A stretch of DNA of 64,000 nt. Origin: Myxococcota bacterium. Lineage in GTDB: Bacteria > Myxococcota_A > Polyangia > Nannocystales > Nannocystaceae. Every line of letters starts with the position of its first letter. Position 1 is the first letter of the stretch. The stretch is from the NCBI GenBank assembly GCA_039028615.1, contig JBCCHT010000002.1, forward strand, positions 352,001 to 416,000, given 5' to 3'. The notes below the pieces were generated by a model that saw only the letters and a list, made by a program, of their open reading frames with translations, ran no database searches and was not told the origin of the DNA. The translations under genes were made by a program, and so were the position numbers. This document shows positions 51,550 to 60,626 of this stretch, piece by piece.

Positions 51550-52629
51550 TCAGGCGCTCGGATCGGCGCTGGGCGACGCGCCGCCCTTGCCCTCGGGATC
51601 GAAGGCCTCGAGCTCGGCGCTGATCTTCTCCAAGAATCGACGCTTCTCGTGGAACGGCAGGAACGCGCTCTTGAAGCCATTGAGGATCACCTGGTGCAGG
51701 TCCTCGAGCGAAAAACCCATCTCGCTGTGCATCAGGTGCATCTCCTCGGACACCGTCGTATCGGTGATCAGCCGGTTGTCGGTGTTCACGGTGACGCGAG
51801 CGCCGAGGTTGAAGTAAAGGCGCATCGGGTGCGAGCCGAGGCCCTCGACCGCCCCCGTCTGCACGTTGGACTTCGGGCAGCACTCGAGCGGGATCCGATG
51901 ATCGACCACGTAGTGCAGCAGATCACCATCCTCGCGCAGCCGGCAGCCATGGCCGATGCGGTGGGCCCCACAAATGTGCAGGGCCTGGGCGATCGACGGG
52001 GGGCCGTAGGCCTCGCCCGCGTGAATCGTGACGTTGATGTTGTTTTGACGCACCAGCTGAAACGCGTCCTGGTGCTCCTTGGCGGGGTGGTCGTCCTCGG
52101 CCCCGGCCAGATCGAAGCCGACCACACCTCGGTTTTTGTAGGCGACCACCAGCTCGGCCATCTCGAGCGATGACGCGGGCGAGATGTTTCGAATGCCGCA
52201 GACGATGATGCGACTGACGATGCCGTACTTCAGCTCGGCGTCGTACAGGCCCTTGAGCACCGTCTCCACCACCGTGGTCAGGCGCAACCCTTGCCGGGTG
52301 TGCAGCATGGGGGCGTAGCGCACCTCCATGTAGCGAACGTTCTCACGTGCGGCGTCCTCGGCGAGCTCGAAGGCGGCCCGGTACAGGGCTTCCCGCGTCT
52401 GCAGCACCTGCAGCGTGACTCCGAAGGCCTCTAGATACTTGACCAGGCTGCCCGTGTTCTCGCCGATGTGCATCGCCGCCCGCAGACCTGCGACATCGGA
52501 GGCGGGCAGTTCGATGTTTTGCTCGCGCGCCAGGTCGAGCACCGTTTCGAGCCGCATCGAGCCATCGAGGTGGACGTGCAGATCGGTCTTGGGAAGGCGC
52601 TGGAAGACCGAAAGGGGCAGCGAATTCAT
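51550..52629 (-). CDS. add: adenosine deaminase
   Basis: LPKTDLHVHLDGS, YMEVRYAP, GFDLAGAE, TIHAGE, RIGHG, NTDN. Start ATG 52629. Confidence 0.92.
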   Translation of the reverse strand: MNSLPLSVFQRLPKTDLHVHLDGSMRLETVLDLAREQNIELPASDVAGLRAAMHIGENTGSLVKYLEAFGVTLQVLQTREALYRAAFELAEDAARENVRYMEVRYAPMLHTRQGLRLTTVVETVLKGLYDAELKYGIVSRIIVCGIRNISPASSLEMAELVVAYKNRGVVGFDLAGAEDDHPAKEHQDAFQLVRQNNINVTIHAGEAYGPPSIAQALHICGAHRIGHGCRLREDGDLLHYVVDHRIPLECCPKSNVQTGAVEGLGSHPMRLYFNLGARVTVNTDNRLITDTTVSEEMHLMHSEMGFSLEDLHQVILNGFKSAFLPFHEKRRFLEKISAELEAFDPEGKGGASPSADPSA

Positions 52630-52825
52630 GCAGACTTCTAACGCCCTCGTGGGCACCGCGCTAGGGCCACGCCGCGAGATCACACACCGGGCATGGAGAA
52701 GGGGGTTTTTGCCCCACAAAGGGCGGCTATCGGGCCGCTGTCGGCGCGTAGCGGGGGACGGATCGCGATGGATCGGGGCCCAGCCAATGCCCTAGACTTA
52801 GCGCTCGATTCGAGGTCATCGCCCG

Positions 52826-53548
52826 TTGTTCTCGCCCACCTCCGAGGGTTCCCCTGCTCCTCGGTCGCGCTCTTGGCTGCGCGGCGTGGGATCGATCGCT
52901 CTTTTGGGGTGCGCGACTGCGAACATCGGCGGCTGCGTTCGCGAGCCCCATGCGTGCGAGCTTCAGCTCGAGCGAGGCGACGTCATCATCACCGAGATTC
53001 GGGGCCCCCAAGACGGCACCGACACCCGCGGCGAATGGTTCGAGCTTTACAACGCCACCGACGCGATGGTCGACCTGTTCGGCCTGCGCGGTGAGCTCGT
53101 GAACCTGCGGGGCTCCATCGAGATCAACTTCATCGTGCGCGAGTCGTTGCCCGTGGGCCCCGGCGAGTACGTGGTGCTCGGCAGCCTCGCCAATGCGCCC
53201 CCCGAGGTCGACTACAGCTTCAACGACGACTTCGCGGTCGAGCCCCGTCTCGAGGACTCCGACGGCACGCTCGTGGTGCCCGTCGGCGAAGACAGCGACC
53301 CGCGCGAGCTGTTCTCCAACGCCCGCGTCGAGCTGTTCGCCTGCGACCAGCTGATCGAGACGGTCATCTACGAGCAGCTGCCGGCCGCGGGCACCTTCAG
53401 CTTCGACGGCGCGCGCAGCCCGAGCGCCGACGACAACGACGACCTGAGTCACTGGTGCACCAACGACGCCGAGGCGCCCGAAGACGGACCCCAAACCGAG
53501 ATCGGACTGCCCGGGTCTCCGGGGGAGGCCAACCCGCCATGTCCCTGA
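52826..53548 (+). CDS. lamin tail domain (LTD) lipoprotein
   Basis: Cys after a hydrophobic leader; GDVIITEI...GEWFELYNAT...VDL.GL...GSPGEAN LTD signature. Confidence 0.8.
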   Translation: MFSPTSEGSPAPRSRSWLRGVGSIALLGCATANIGGCVREPHACELQLERGDVIITEIRGPQDGTDTRGEWFELYNATDAMVDLFGLRGELVNLRGSIEINFIVRESLPVGPGEYVVLGSLANAPPEVDYSFNDDFAVEPRLEDSDGTLVVPVGEDSDPRELFSNARVELFACDQLIETVIYEQLPAAGTFSFDGARSPSADDNDDLSHWCTNDAEAPEDGPQTEIGLPGSPGEANPPCP

Positions 53549-54858
53549 CCTCGGTGAAATCCCTGGTGGCCGGCTGCGGCCTCGTGCTGCTCGGCTCCTG
53601 CACTCCGCGGGGCACGGTCCACTACGACCGCACCAAGCTGGCCGAGAGCCTCGCCAACGAGCAGAGCGACTCGGGCCTCGTCGTCGGCGAGTTCGTGCTC
53701 GCCAGCCCCGCGGTGGTCGATGGCGACACGATCAAGGTGGTCGGCATCGAGGGCACCCTGCGCCTGCTCGGCATCGACACCGAAGAGACCTTCAAGAGCG
53801 ACAAGGACCGCCGCGCCTACGACGACGGCTTCGAGCAGTACCTCGCCAAGAAGCAAGAGGGCCACGACCGACCCATCAAGGCGGCAACGCCCCTGGGCAT
53901 GGACGCCAAACACTGGGCCGAGGAGTTCTTCGAGGGCATCCGCACCGTTCGGCTCGAGCGCGACCATCCCAAGGAGCTGCGCGGTCGCTACGGACGCCTG
54001 CTGACCTACGTCATGGTCGAGAAGGACGGCGAGTGGCTCAACTACAACGTCGAGTCCGTGCGCGCGGGGATGAGCCCCTACTTCTCGAAGTACGGCTACT
54101 CGCGACGCTTCCACGACGAGTTCGTGCAGGCCCAAGAAGAAGCCCGCGCCGCCAAGCGAGGCATCTGGGACCCCGCGCTCGAGCACTACCCCGACTATGA
54201 CCTGCGGCTGCGCTGGTGGGACGCCCGCGCCGAGGTCATCGCCCAATTCGAAGAGCAGGGCCAAGGCCGCGAGGACTGGGTCGTGCTGACCAACTGGGAT
54301 TCCCTCGATCGGCTCGCCGGGCTCGAGGGGCGCGAGGTCACCGTGCTCGCCACCGTGGGCGACATCTACCCCTCCAAGGGCAAGGGCCCCGCCCGGGTGA
54401 TGCTCTCGCGTCGCATGTTCAGCGATTTCCCGCTGATCTTCTTCGACGACGAGGTGCTCGAGACCTGCGGCGTCGACAAGGCCCGCGGCGAGTTCGTGCA
54501 GGTGCGCGGCACCGTGAGCCGCTACGAGTTCCGCTCCAAGCGCAAGCGCGCCCGTAAGAAGGACGCGAACGAGCAGCCGCCCTCGCAGCTCCAGATGCAG
54601 ATCCGCCGACCGGAGCAGATCGCATTCATCGACACGCGGCCGGCCCAGATCGCGGGGGGGTATGCCCCGCGGATGCCGGAGCCCGCGCCCGAGCCGGTGG
54701 TCGACGACGCGCCCCCGCCCGTGCCCGATCCGACCCAAGCCGCCCCCACGGGCGCCGAGCCTCCGCCGCCTCCGCCCGTCGAGCCCGACTCGAGCGTGCA
54801 GCAAGCCCCCGTCGGCGACGACTCGCCCGAACAATCTCCGCCCGCAGTGGCCCCCTAG
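53539..54858 (+). CDS. thermonuclease (SNase) lipoprotein with C-terminal OB-fold-like domain and Pro-rich tail
   Basis: LLGSC lipobox; VVDGDT, RLLGIDTEE, RYGRLLTYV, EARAAKRGIW; then GREVTVLATV...GEFVQVRGTVSRY...LQMQIRRPEQI. Confidence 0.88.
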   Translation: MSLTSVKSLVAGCGLVLLGSCTPRGTVHYDRTKLAESLANEQSDSGLVVGEFVLASPAVVDGDTIKVVGIEGTLRLLGIDTEETFKSDKDRRAYDDGFEQYLAKKQEGHDRPIKAATPLGMDAKHWAEEFFEGIRTVRLERDHPKELRGRYGRLLTYVMVEKDGEWLNYNVESVRAGMSPYFSKYGYSRRFHDEFVQAQEEARAAKRGIWDPALEHYPDYDLRLRWWDARAEVIAQFEEQGQGREDWVVLTNWDSLDRLAGLEGREVTVLATVGDIYPSKGKGPARVMLSRRMFSDFPLIFFDDEVLETCGVDKARGEFVQVRGTVSRYEFRSKRKRARKKDANEQPPSQLQMQIRRPEQIAFIDTRPAQIAGGYAPRMPEPAPEPVVDDAPPPVPDPTQAAPTGAEPPPPPPVEPDSSVQQAPVGDDSPEQSPPAVAP

Positions 54859-54889
54859 GTCCGTCACCCCCGAGACACACGAGGACACG

Positions 54890-57706
54890 ATGTCGAAACA
54901 TCCCATTGTTCGAGCCCTGCCCTGGGCGCTGGTCATGGGCTCCGCTTTGCCCGCGTGTGGCGGCGACGACCTCGCCCGCCCGCCGGGGGCCTGCGAGTCC
55001 GGACTGCTCGTCGGCGACCTCGTGATCACCGAGATCATGGCCGACCCCCCGGGCGCCGACTCCGGCCGGGAGTGGTTCGAGATCTACAACGCCAGCGCCA
55101 CCGAGTTCGACCTGCGCGGGCTGGTGTTGCTGCACAGCCGCGAGGACTCGACCGACGCCAACGTGCACGAGATCGGCCGCAGCCTGACGCTGGGGCCCGA
55201 CGACTACGCGGTGGTCGGCGGCCTGCTCGACGACGAAGACGTGCTCGCCGTCGTGCCCTACATCGACTACGGCTACGGGGGCGACCTCGGCGACATGCGC
55301 AACAGCGCGGGGCGCTTGGTCGTGGCCTGCGGGGACGAGATCATCGACGAGGCCCTCTACAACGACCCCACCCCGAATCACTCGCGCAGCTTCACGGGGG
55401 ACCGCGCCCCCGATGCCAACGCCAACGACGACCTGAGCTTGTGGTGCGACTCGAGCTCGGAGATCGACGCCGAGGGCTTCGGCACCCCCGGGGCCTCCAA
55501 CGACATCTGCGTGGGCACGGGCGGGCCCGTCTCCTGCATCGACAACGGCGTGCTGCGAGAGGCCCGAGCCCCCGAGGCGGGCGACCTGGTCATCACCGAG
55601 GTGCTCTCCGACCCGGCCGCCGCCGAGGACGACAGCGCCGAATGGTTCGAGGTGCGGGTCAACGCCGACATCGACCTCAACGGCCTGGCCATCGGCAAGC
55701 AGTCGAGCTTCGAAGACGCCGAGCCCGTGACCGGCAACGACTGCGTCCCGGCCTTGGCCGGCACCCGCCTGGTGTTTGCACGCAGCGCCGACTCCGAGCT
55801 CAACGGCGGGCTCCCCAACGTCGACATCGAGTTCGGCTTCTCGCTCAATCAGTCCGACAACCAGGTCGTGCTCAGCTACGGCAACCTGCTGGTCGACACC
55901 TTCCCCTACGGGAGCTCGTCGCCCGGGGTGGCCCACAACCTCGATCCCGACTTCGAGAATACCGACGACAACGACGACGAGCGCTACCACTGCGACGCGA
56001 CGTCGACCTACGGAGCCGGCGATTTCGGCACGCCCGGGGCGCCCAATACCGAGTGCGAGATTCCACCGCCCGAGGGCCAGTGCCTCGACGGGGAGTCCTT
56101 CCGCGACATCGTCCGGCCGCAGCCGGGTGACCTGCTGGTCACCGAGATCATGGCCAACCCCGAGGCGGCCGGCGAAGAGAGCGAGAGCGAGTGGTTCGAG
56201 CTGCGCGCCACCGCCGACTTCGACCTCAACGGGCTCGAGCTCGGCACCGAGGAGGGCAAGCCCCGCGACGTCGTCGAGGCCACCGAGTGCCTGAGCATGG
56301 GCGCGGGGGACCACGTGGTGGTCGCTCGCGAGACGGACCCCGCCATCAACGGTGGGCTCCCGGTCGTCGACGCCACCTTCGGCTTCGCGCTGACCAACTC
56401 CAACGGTGCGCTGTGGATCGGAAGCGGCGGCACCACCCTCGACCTGGTGACCTGGGCCTCCGTGCCCGCAGGCGCCTCCCGCAGCCTCGACGCCAGCATC
56501 ACCGATCCGGGCGCCAACGACCCGGACGAGGTCTGGTGTGAGGGCCTCGAGCCCTTCGGCGATGGCGACCTCGGCACGCCGGGCGCGGAGAACCCCGTGT
56601 GCGGCGGCATCCCGACCGGCACCTGCCTCGACGGCGGCCGCGAGCGCGACCTGGTCCGGCCCGCCGTGGGGGAGCTGGTCATCACCGAGCTGATGCCCAA
56701 CCCGGCCGCGGTCAACGACTCCGAGGGCGAGTGGTTCGAGCTGCTGGCCACGGCGAACGTCGACCTCAACGGGCTGCGCTTCGGGGACGACCCCGCCGAC
56801 GCACCCAGCCGCGACAACAGCCTGCCCGCCGGGGGCGACTGCATCAGCGTCAGCGCAGGTGAACGGGTCATCCTCGCGCGCAACGCCGACACCATGGCCA
56901 ACGGCGGCCTGCCCGAGGTCGTCGGCACCTTCAGCTTCGGCCTGGTCAACGGCGGCGGGGCCCTGTTCGTCGGCATGGGCGACGAGGTCATCGACGACAT
57001 CACCTGGACGGGCAGCGCGGCGGGAGTCGCCCTGACCCTCGACCCCATGGCCGAGGACGCGGTCTCCAACGACGACCCGGCCAACTTCTGCGCCGCCACC
57101 GAGCCCTACGGCGATGGTGACCTGGGCAGCCCGGGCGCGCAGGGAGCCGCCTGCGGCGGTGGGGGCGGAGGAGACGGCATGTGCGACGACGGGGGCATGC
57201 CCCGCGCCATCGTGGCCCCCACCGTGGGCGACCTGGTCATCACCGAGGTCATGCCCAACCCGAGCGCGGTCGCGGATTCCTCCGGCGAGTGGTTCGAGGT
57301 CCTGGTCACCGCCGACGTCGACCTCAACGGCCTCGAATTCGGCGACACCCCGGGCGCTCCCGATGGGACCCTCGCCTCGGGTGGAGCCTGCATCGCGGTG
57401 ACCACCGGCCAGCGCCTGGTGTTCGCACGCAATGCCGACGCCATGGCCAACGGGGGCCTGCCCGCGGTCGACCAGACCTTCAGCTTCGACCTCGTCAACG
57501 GCGGTGACGACCTCTTCGTCGGCGTCGACGGCATGGTGCTCGACCAGATCTCCTGGTCGAGCAGCAGCGCGGGCACCAGCATCTCGCTCGACCCCGCCGC
57601 CGAGGACGTCGTGGCCAACGACGATGCCGCCAACTTCTGCGCGGGCGTCGACCCCTACGGCGACGGAGACCTGGGCACCCCCGGTTCGGTCAACCCCGCG
57701 TGCTGA
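54890..57706 (+). CDS. lipoprotein with five tandem lamin tail domains
   Basis: ALPAC lipobox; five G(D/E)L(V/L)(I/V)TE...P...EWFE...DL(N/R)GL...G(T/S)PG units with Cys-containing linkers. Confidence 0.85.
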   Translation: MSKHPIVRALPWALVMGSALPACGGDDLARPPGACESGLLVGDLVITEIMADPPGADSGREWFEIYNASATEFDLRGLVLLHSREDSTDANVHEIGRSLTLGPDDYAVVGGLLDDEDVLAVVPYIDYGYGGDLGDMRNSAGRLVVACGDEIIDEALYNDPTPNHSRSFTGDRAPDANANDDLSLWCDSSSEIDAEGFGTPGASNDICVGTGGPVSCIDNGVLREARAPEAGDLVITEVLSDPAAAEDDSAEWFEVRVNADIDLNGLAIGKQSSFEDAEPVTGNDCVPALAGTRLVFARSADSELNGGLPNVDIEFGFSLNQSDNQVVLSYGNLLVDTFPYGSSSPGVAHNLDPDFENTDDNDDERYHCDATSTYGAGDFGTPGAPNTECEIPPPEGQCLDGESFRDIVRPQPGDLLVTEIMANPEAAGEESESEWFELRATADFDLNGLELGTEEGKPRDVVEATECLSMGAGDHVVVARETDPAINGGLPVVDATFGFALTNSNGALWIGSGGTTLDLVTWASVPAGASRSLDASITDPGANDPDEVWCEGLEPFGDGDLGTPGAENPVCGGIPTGTCLDGGRERDLVRPAVGELVITELMPNPAAVNDSEGEWFELLATANVDLNGLRFGDDPADAPSRDNSLPAGGDCISVSAGERVILARNADTMANGGLPEVVGTFSFGLVNGGGALFVGMGDEVIDDITWTGSAAGVALTLDPMAEDAVSNDDPANFCAATEPYGDGDLGSPGAQGAACGGGGGGDGMCDDGGMPRAIVAPTVGDLVITEVMPNPSAVADSSGEWFEVLVTADVDLNGLEFGDTPGAPDGTLASGGACIAVTTGQRLVFARNADAMANGGLPAVDQTFSFDLVNGGDDLFVGVDGMVLDQISWSSSSAGTSISLDPAAEDVVANDDAANFCAGVDPYGDGDLGTPGSVNPAC

Positions 57707-58194
57707 TGCGTTCACCGACCAAGATCATGGGGGCCGGCCTGGTGCTCGGGCTGGCCCTGGGAGTGGCCTGCAGTGACGGGCCCGAGTGTGGTCCCACCGA
57801 GGCCGTCGTGGCGCGGGTCATCGATGGCGACACCATCGAGCTCGAGTCCGGGGAGCGGGTGCGCTACCTGCTGGTCGACACGCCCGAGCTCAGCGGCGGG
57901 GGCGAGTGCTACGGGCTCGAGGCGGCCGAGTTCAACCGCTCCGCCGTCGAGGGCGAGACGGTCACGCTGTCGTACGACACCGAGTGCACCGACGGCTTCG
58001 ATCGCCTGCTCGCCTATGTGCAGCTGCCCAGCGGGCGCCTCGTCAACGAGGTCCTGCTCGAGCGCGGCCTGGCCTGCGTGCTGCACATTCCGCCCAACGG
58101 TGAAGATCGCGTCGATGAGTTTCGCGCCATCGAGGCTCAGGCCCGCGCGGGCCAGAACGGCCTGTGGGGCATGTGCACGGAGGCGCCGTGCTGA
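57706..58194 (+). CDS. thermonuclease (SNase) lipoprotein
   Basis: LGVAC lipobox; VIDGDT, RYLLVDTPE, DRLLAYV, GLA, ARAGQNGLW. TGATG overlap with the LTD gene. Confidence 0.9.
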   Translation: MRSPTKIMGAGLVLGLALGVACSDGPECGPTEAVVARVIDGDTIELESGERVRYLLVDTPELSGGGECYGLEAAEFNRSAVEGETVTLSYDTECTDGFDRLLAYVQLPSGRLVNEVLLERGLACVLHIPPNGEDRVDEFRAIEAQARAGQNGLWGMCTEAPC

Positions 58195-60458
58195 GCAGGC
58201 TCGGTCGAGGGCTCGCGCTGTCCGCCCTGCTGCTGGGCGCTGCGTGGCCCATGACCGCCCGCGCCGTCGAGTACGAGGTCTTCGTCGACGTCGATGACGA
58301 AGAGGACCTCAACGAGCTGCTGCTCACCGAGCAGGTAAGCGAGACCACCTACGAGACCCTCGTGGAGCTCATGCGTCGGGGCACCGACCTCAACCGAGCC
58401 TCCCGCGAAGACCTCTACGCGCTGCCCAACCTGACCTACGACGAGGTCGATGCGATCTTGGCGTATCGCGACGACGCGGGGCGCATCGCCGACCCGGCGG
58501 ACCTGGTGGTGGCCAACGTCATCAGCCGACGCAAGCTCGCCGCCATCGCCTCGTTCCTGCTCGTGCCCGATGCCAAGGGCTCACGCGGGGCCGTGCACGG
58601 CCTGGTCCGCTACCGGATGACCTACGTCGCCCAGGACCCGCGCGTGCCTCCCATGGCCCTGCAGGCGCGCGTGCGGGCGTTCGGCAACCTCACCGTGGGC
58701 GGGGCCGCCGTGCTCGAGCCCCAGCTGCTCGCGCCAGTGCGCTGGGACCCCAACCGCGCCGCCCTGGTGGCCGAGGGCGACCAGGTGCGCCCCCGGGTGC
58801 CCAAGCTCTTCGCCCAGTGGGAGACCGACCGCTGGGGCGTCATCGCGGGTACCTACCGCATCGGCTTCGGCCAGCGCCTCACCTTCGACAACAGCCGCCG
58901 CTACACGCCGAACGGCTTCTACCTCGACGACGCGCTCATCGCTCGCTACGACCTGACCCGCCTGTGTCGCGAGTCCGCGGGCGAGCTGCGGGTCTCCCCC
59001 TGCGACGACGACGATCGCCGCGTCGCCCCGTCGTTTCGCTTCAGCCCCGGCCTGACCGGTGTGGCGGGCGGAGCCAAGAAGCTGCCGCTGCCCGTGGGGT
59101 GGTTTCAGGCCTACGGGTTCTGGTCGATGCAGACGCACGACCTGTACCAGTACCGAATCTACGAGCGCGACCGGTGTGAAGACCCGCGCAGCGACGACGC
59201 CTCGTGCGAGTCGCCCGCGCTGTACAACCCCACCGAAGGCACGCTCGATCCCTCGAGTCGGCACGTGTTCCGCACGCTGCCCCGCACCGTCGACCTCATC
59301 ACGCAGGGTGCCAACCTCGGTTGGTACAACGACTCGCGAACCCACGTCGGCGTGACCGGCTACGGCACCATTCCCCGCTGGCGCATCGACGGCGCGGCTC
59401 TCGACTTCAAGCCGGCCGAGCGCTTCCCCCGGGGCGGTGCCTTCGGGGCGGTGGGGGCCGACTTTTCGTGGGGCTACCGCTGGGCCGACGTCTTCGGCGA
59501 GGTCTCGCGCAGCTTCGACGGCACCGATCCCTCGCAGGGCGGCGGGGGTGGCTTCGCCGGCATCCTGCGGCACACCGCCTCGTGGAACGACCAGGAGCTC
59601 GAGGTCAGCGCGCGCTACTACGACTCGCGCTACTCCAACCCCTACTCCCGTCCCATCTCCGCGCGCGACCGCTTCGAGGGCAACCAGGCCCGCGACGAGG
59701 CGGGCGGGCGGGTCCGCTACACCGCCCTGCTCGCGCAGAAGGTCAGCCTGCGGACCTTCGCCGACTTCTGGGTGCGTCCCTCCACCCTCGAGCCGCGCAC
59801 TCGCGTCTACGCCCGCGCCGACGTCGATGCCACCAAGTGGTGGCGTCCCGGCCTGTGGCTCGAGTACCAGAACAACGACCTGGGGCGCCCCAACTTCACC
59901 GATTGCCGCGACGTCTCCATCGAGGCCGGTGACGTGCTGGGGCTGCCCGACGAGGCGATCATCTGCGGAGGCCAGCGCGTGCAGCTGACCGCGCGCTCGC
60001 GCTTCGCCCCCATCCGTCGGCTGTACTTCACGCTCCAGTATCGCCACGAGTTCCAGAACTCGCTGTTCGCCGACACCCAGTTCTCCCGTTCGGGCGCCAC
60101 CGACGACGACATCGACTTCGAGACCTTCGACATCTTCGACGAGGCCGACCTGGCGCGGCTGCAGGCCAATAACCGCCTGCGCCAGGACACCAACGCCTTC
60201 GTCCAGGTCGTCGCCAAGCCCATCGATCCGCTCCGCCTGCGGGCGCGGGTGCGGTGGTTTTGGGAGGACATCACCGACAACTCGCGCCTCGAGCACTCGG
60301 TGTGGACCTACTTCGAGGCGCAGTACAAGATTCGCCCCTGGGCGGTGCCGATGATCCGGTACAGCATCTTCGCCTACGTCGATCGCCGCGACAGCACCGC
60401 CACCCGCTCGCCGAACCCCGAACACTGGATCGCGCTGCAGTTCCAGTCGCGGTTCTGA
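58188..60458 (+). CDS. ComEA-like helix-hairpin-helix protein with predicted outer-membrane beta-barrel
   Basis: Signal peptide (ARA); DLNRASREDLYALPNLTYDEVDAILAYRDDAG HHH_3-like motif; G.YRIGFGQRL and many aromatic alternating strands; ends in LQFQSRF. GTG start after GGAGG, overlapping the SNase stop. Confidence 0.8.
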   Translation: MLSRLGRGLALSALLLGAAWPMTARAVEYEVFVDVDDEEDLNELLLTEQVSETTYETLVELMRRGTDLNRASREDLYALPNLTYDEVDAILAYRDDAGRIADPADLVVANVISRRKLAAIASFLLVPDAKGSRGAVHGLVRYRMTYVAQDPRVPPMALQARVRAFGNLTVGGAAVLEPQLLAPVRWDPNRAALVAEGDQVRPRVPKLFAQWETDRWGVIAGTYRIGFGQRLTFDNSRRYTPNGFYLDDALIARYDLTRLCRESAGELRVSPCDDDDRRVAPSFRFSPGLTGVAGGAKKLPLPVGWFQAYGFWSMQTHDLYQYRIYERDRCEDPRSDDASCESPALYNPTEGTLDPSSRHVFRTLPRTVDLITQGANLGWYNDSRTHVGVTGYGTIPRWRIDGAALDFKPAERFPRGGAFGAVGADFSWGYRWADVFGEVSRSFDGTDPSQGGGGGFAGILRHTASWNDQELEVSARYYDSRYSNPYSRPISARDRFEGNQARDEAGGRVRYTALLAQKVSLRTFADFWVRPSTLEPRTRVYARADVDATKWWRPGLWLEYQNNDLGRPNFTDCRDVSIEAGDVLGLPDEAIICGGQRVQLTARSRFAPIRRLYFTLQYRHEFQNSLFADTQFSRSGATDDDIDFETFDIFDEADLARLQANNRLRQDTNAFVQVVAKPIDPLRLRARVRWFWEDITDNSRLEHSVWTYFEAQYKIRPWAVPMIRYSIFAYVDRRDSTATRSPNPEHWIALQFQSRF

Positions 60459-60626
60459 GCCGGCCTGCGCCGCGAACGCCACGGTCTGCGGGCACCCACA
60501 ACGGTGTACGGGGCCTGGTGGAGCACCCGCCACGCCGTGGTCAATCGAAGGGGCGGTGGTACGTGGTTGGCAGTACGAGGGCCGCGCTGGGCACGAGCGC
60601 GGCTGCTACGATCCACCGGAGCCGAC

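Noticed and set aside
51550..52629. Adenosine deaminase as part of a defence system (RADAR or Kongming type)
   Set aside because: No partner ATPase, HAM1 or Sir2 genes nearby; it looks like an ordinary Add.
54626..57715. 1029-aa antisense ORF opposite the LTD-repeat gene (similarly 3620-5617, 14595-16592, 58581-60533 and 816-2624)
   Set aside because: Shadow ORFs expected in high-GC coding DNA. They show no motifs, and the opposite strand has a clear family match.
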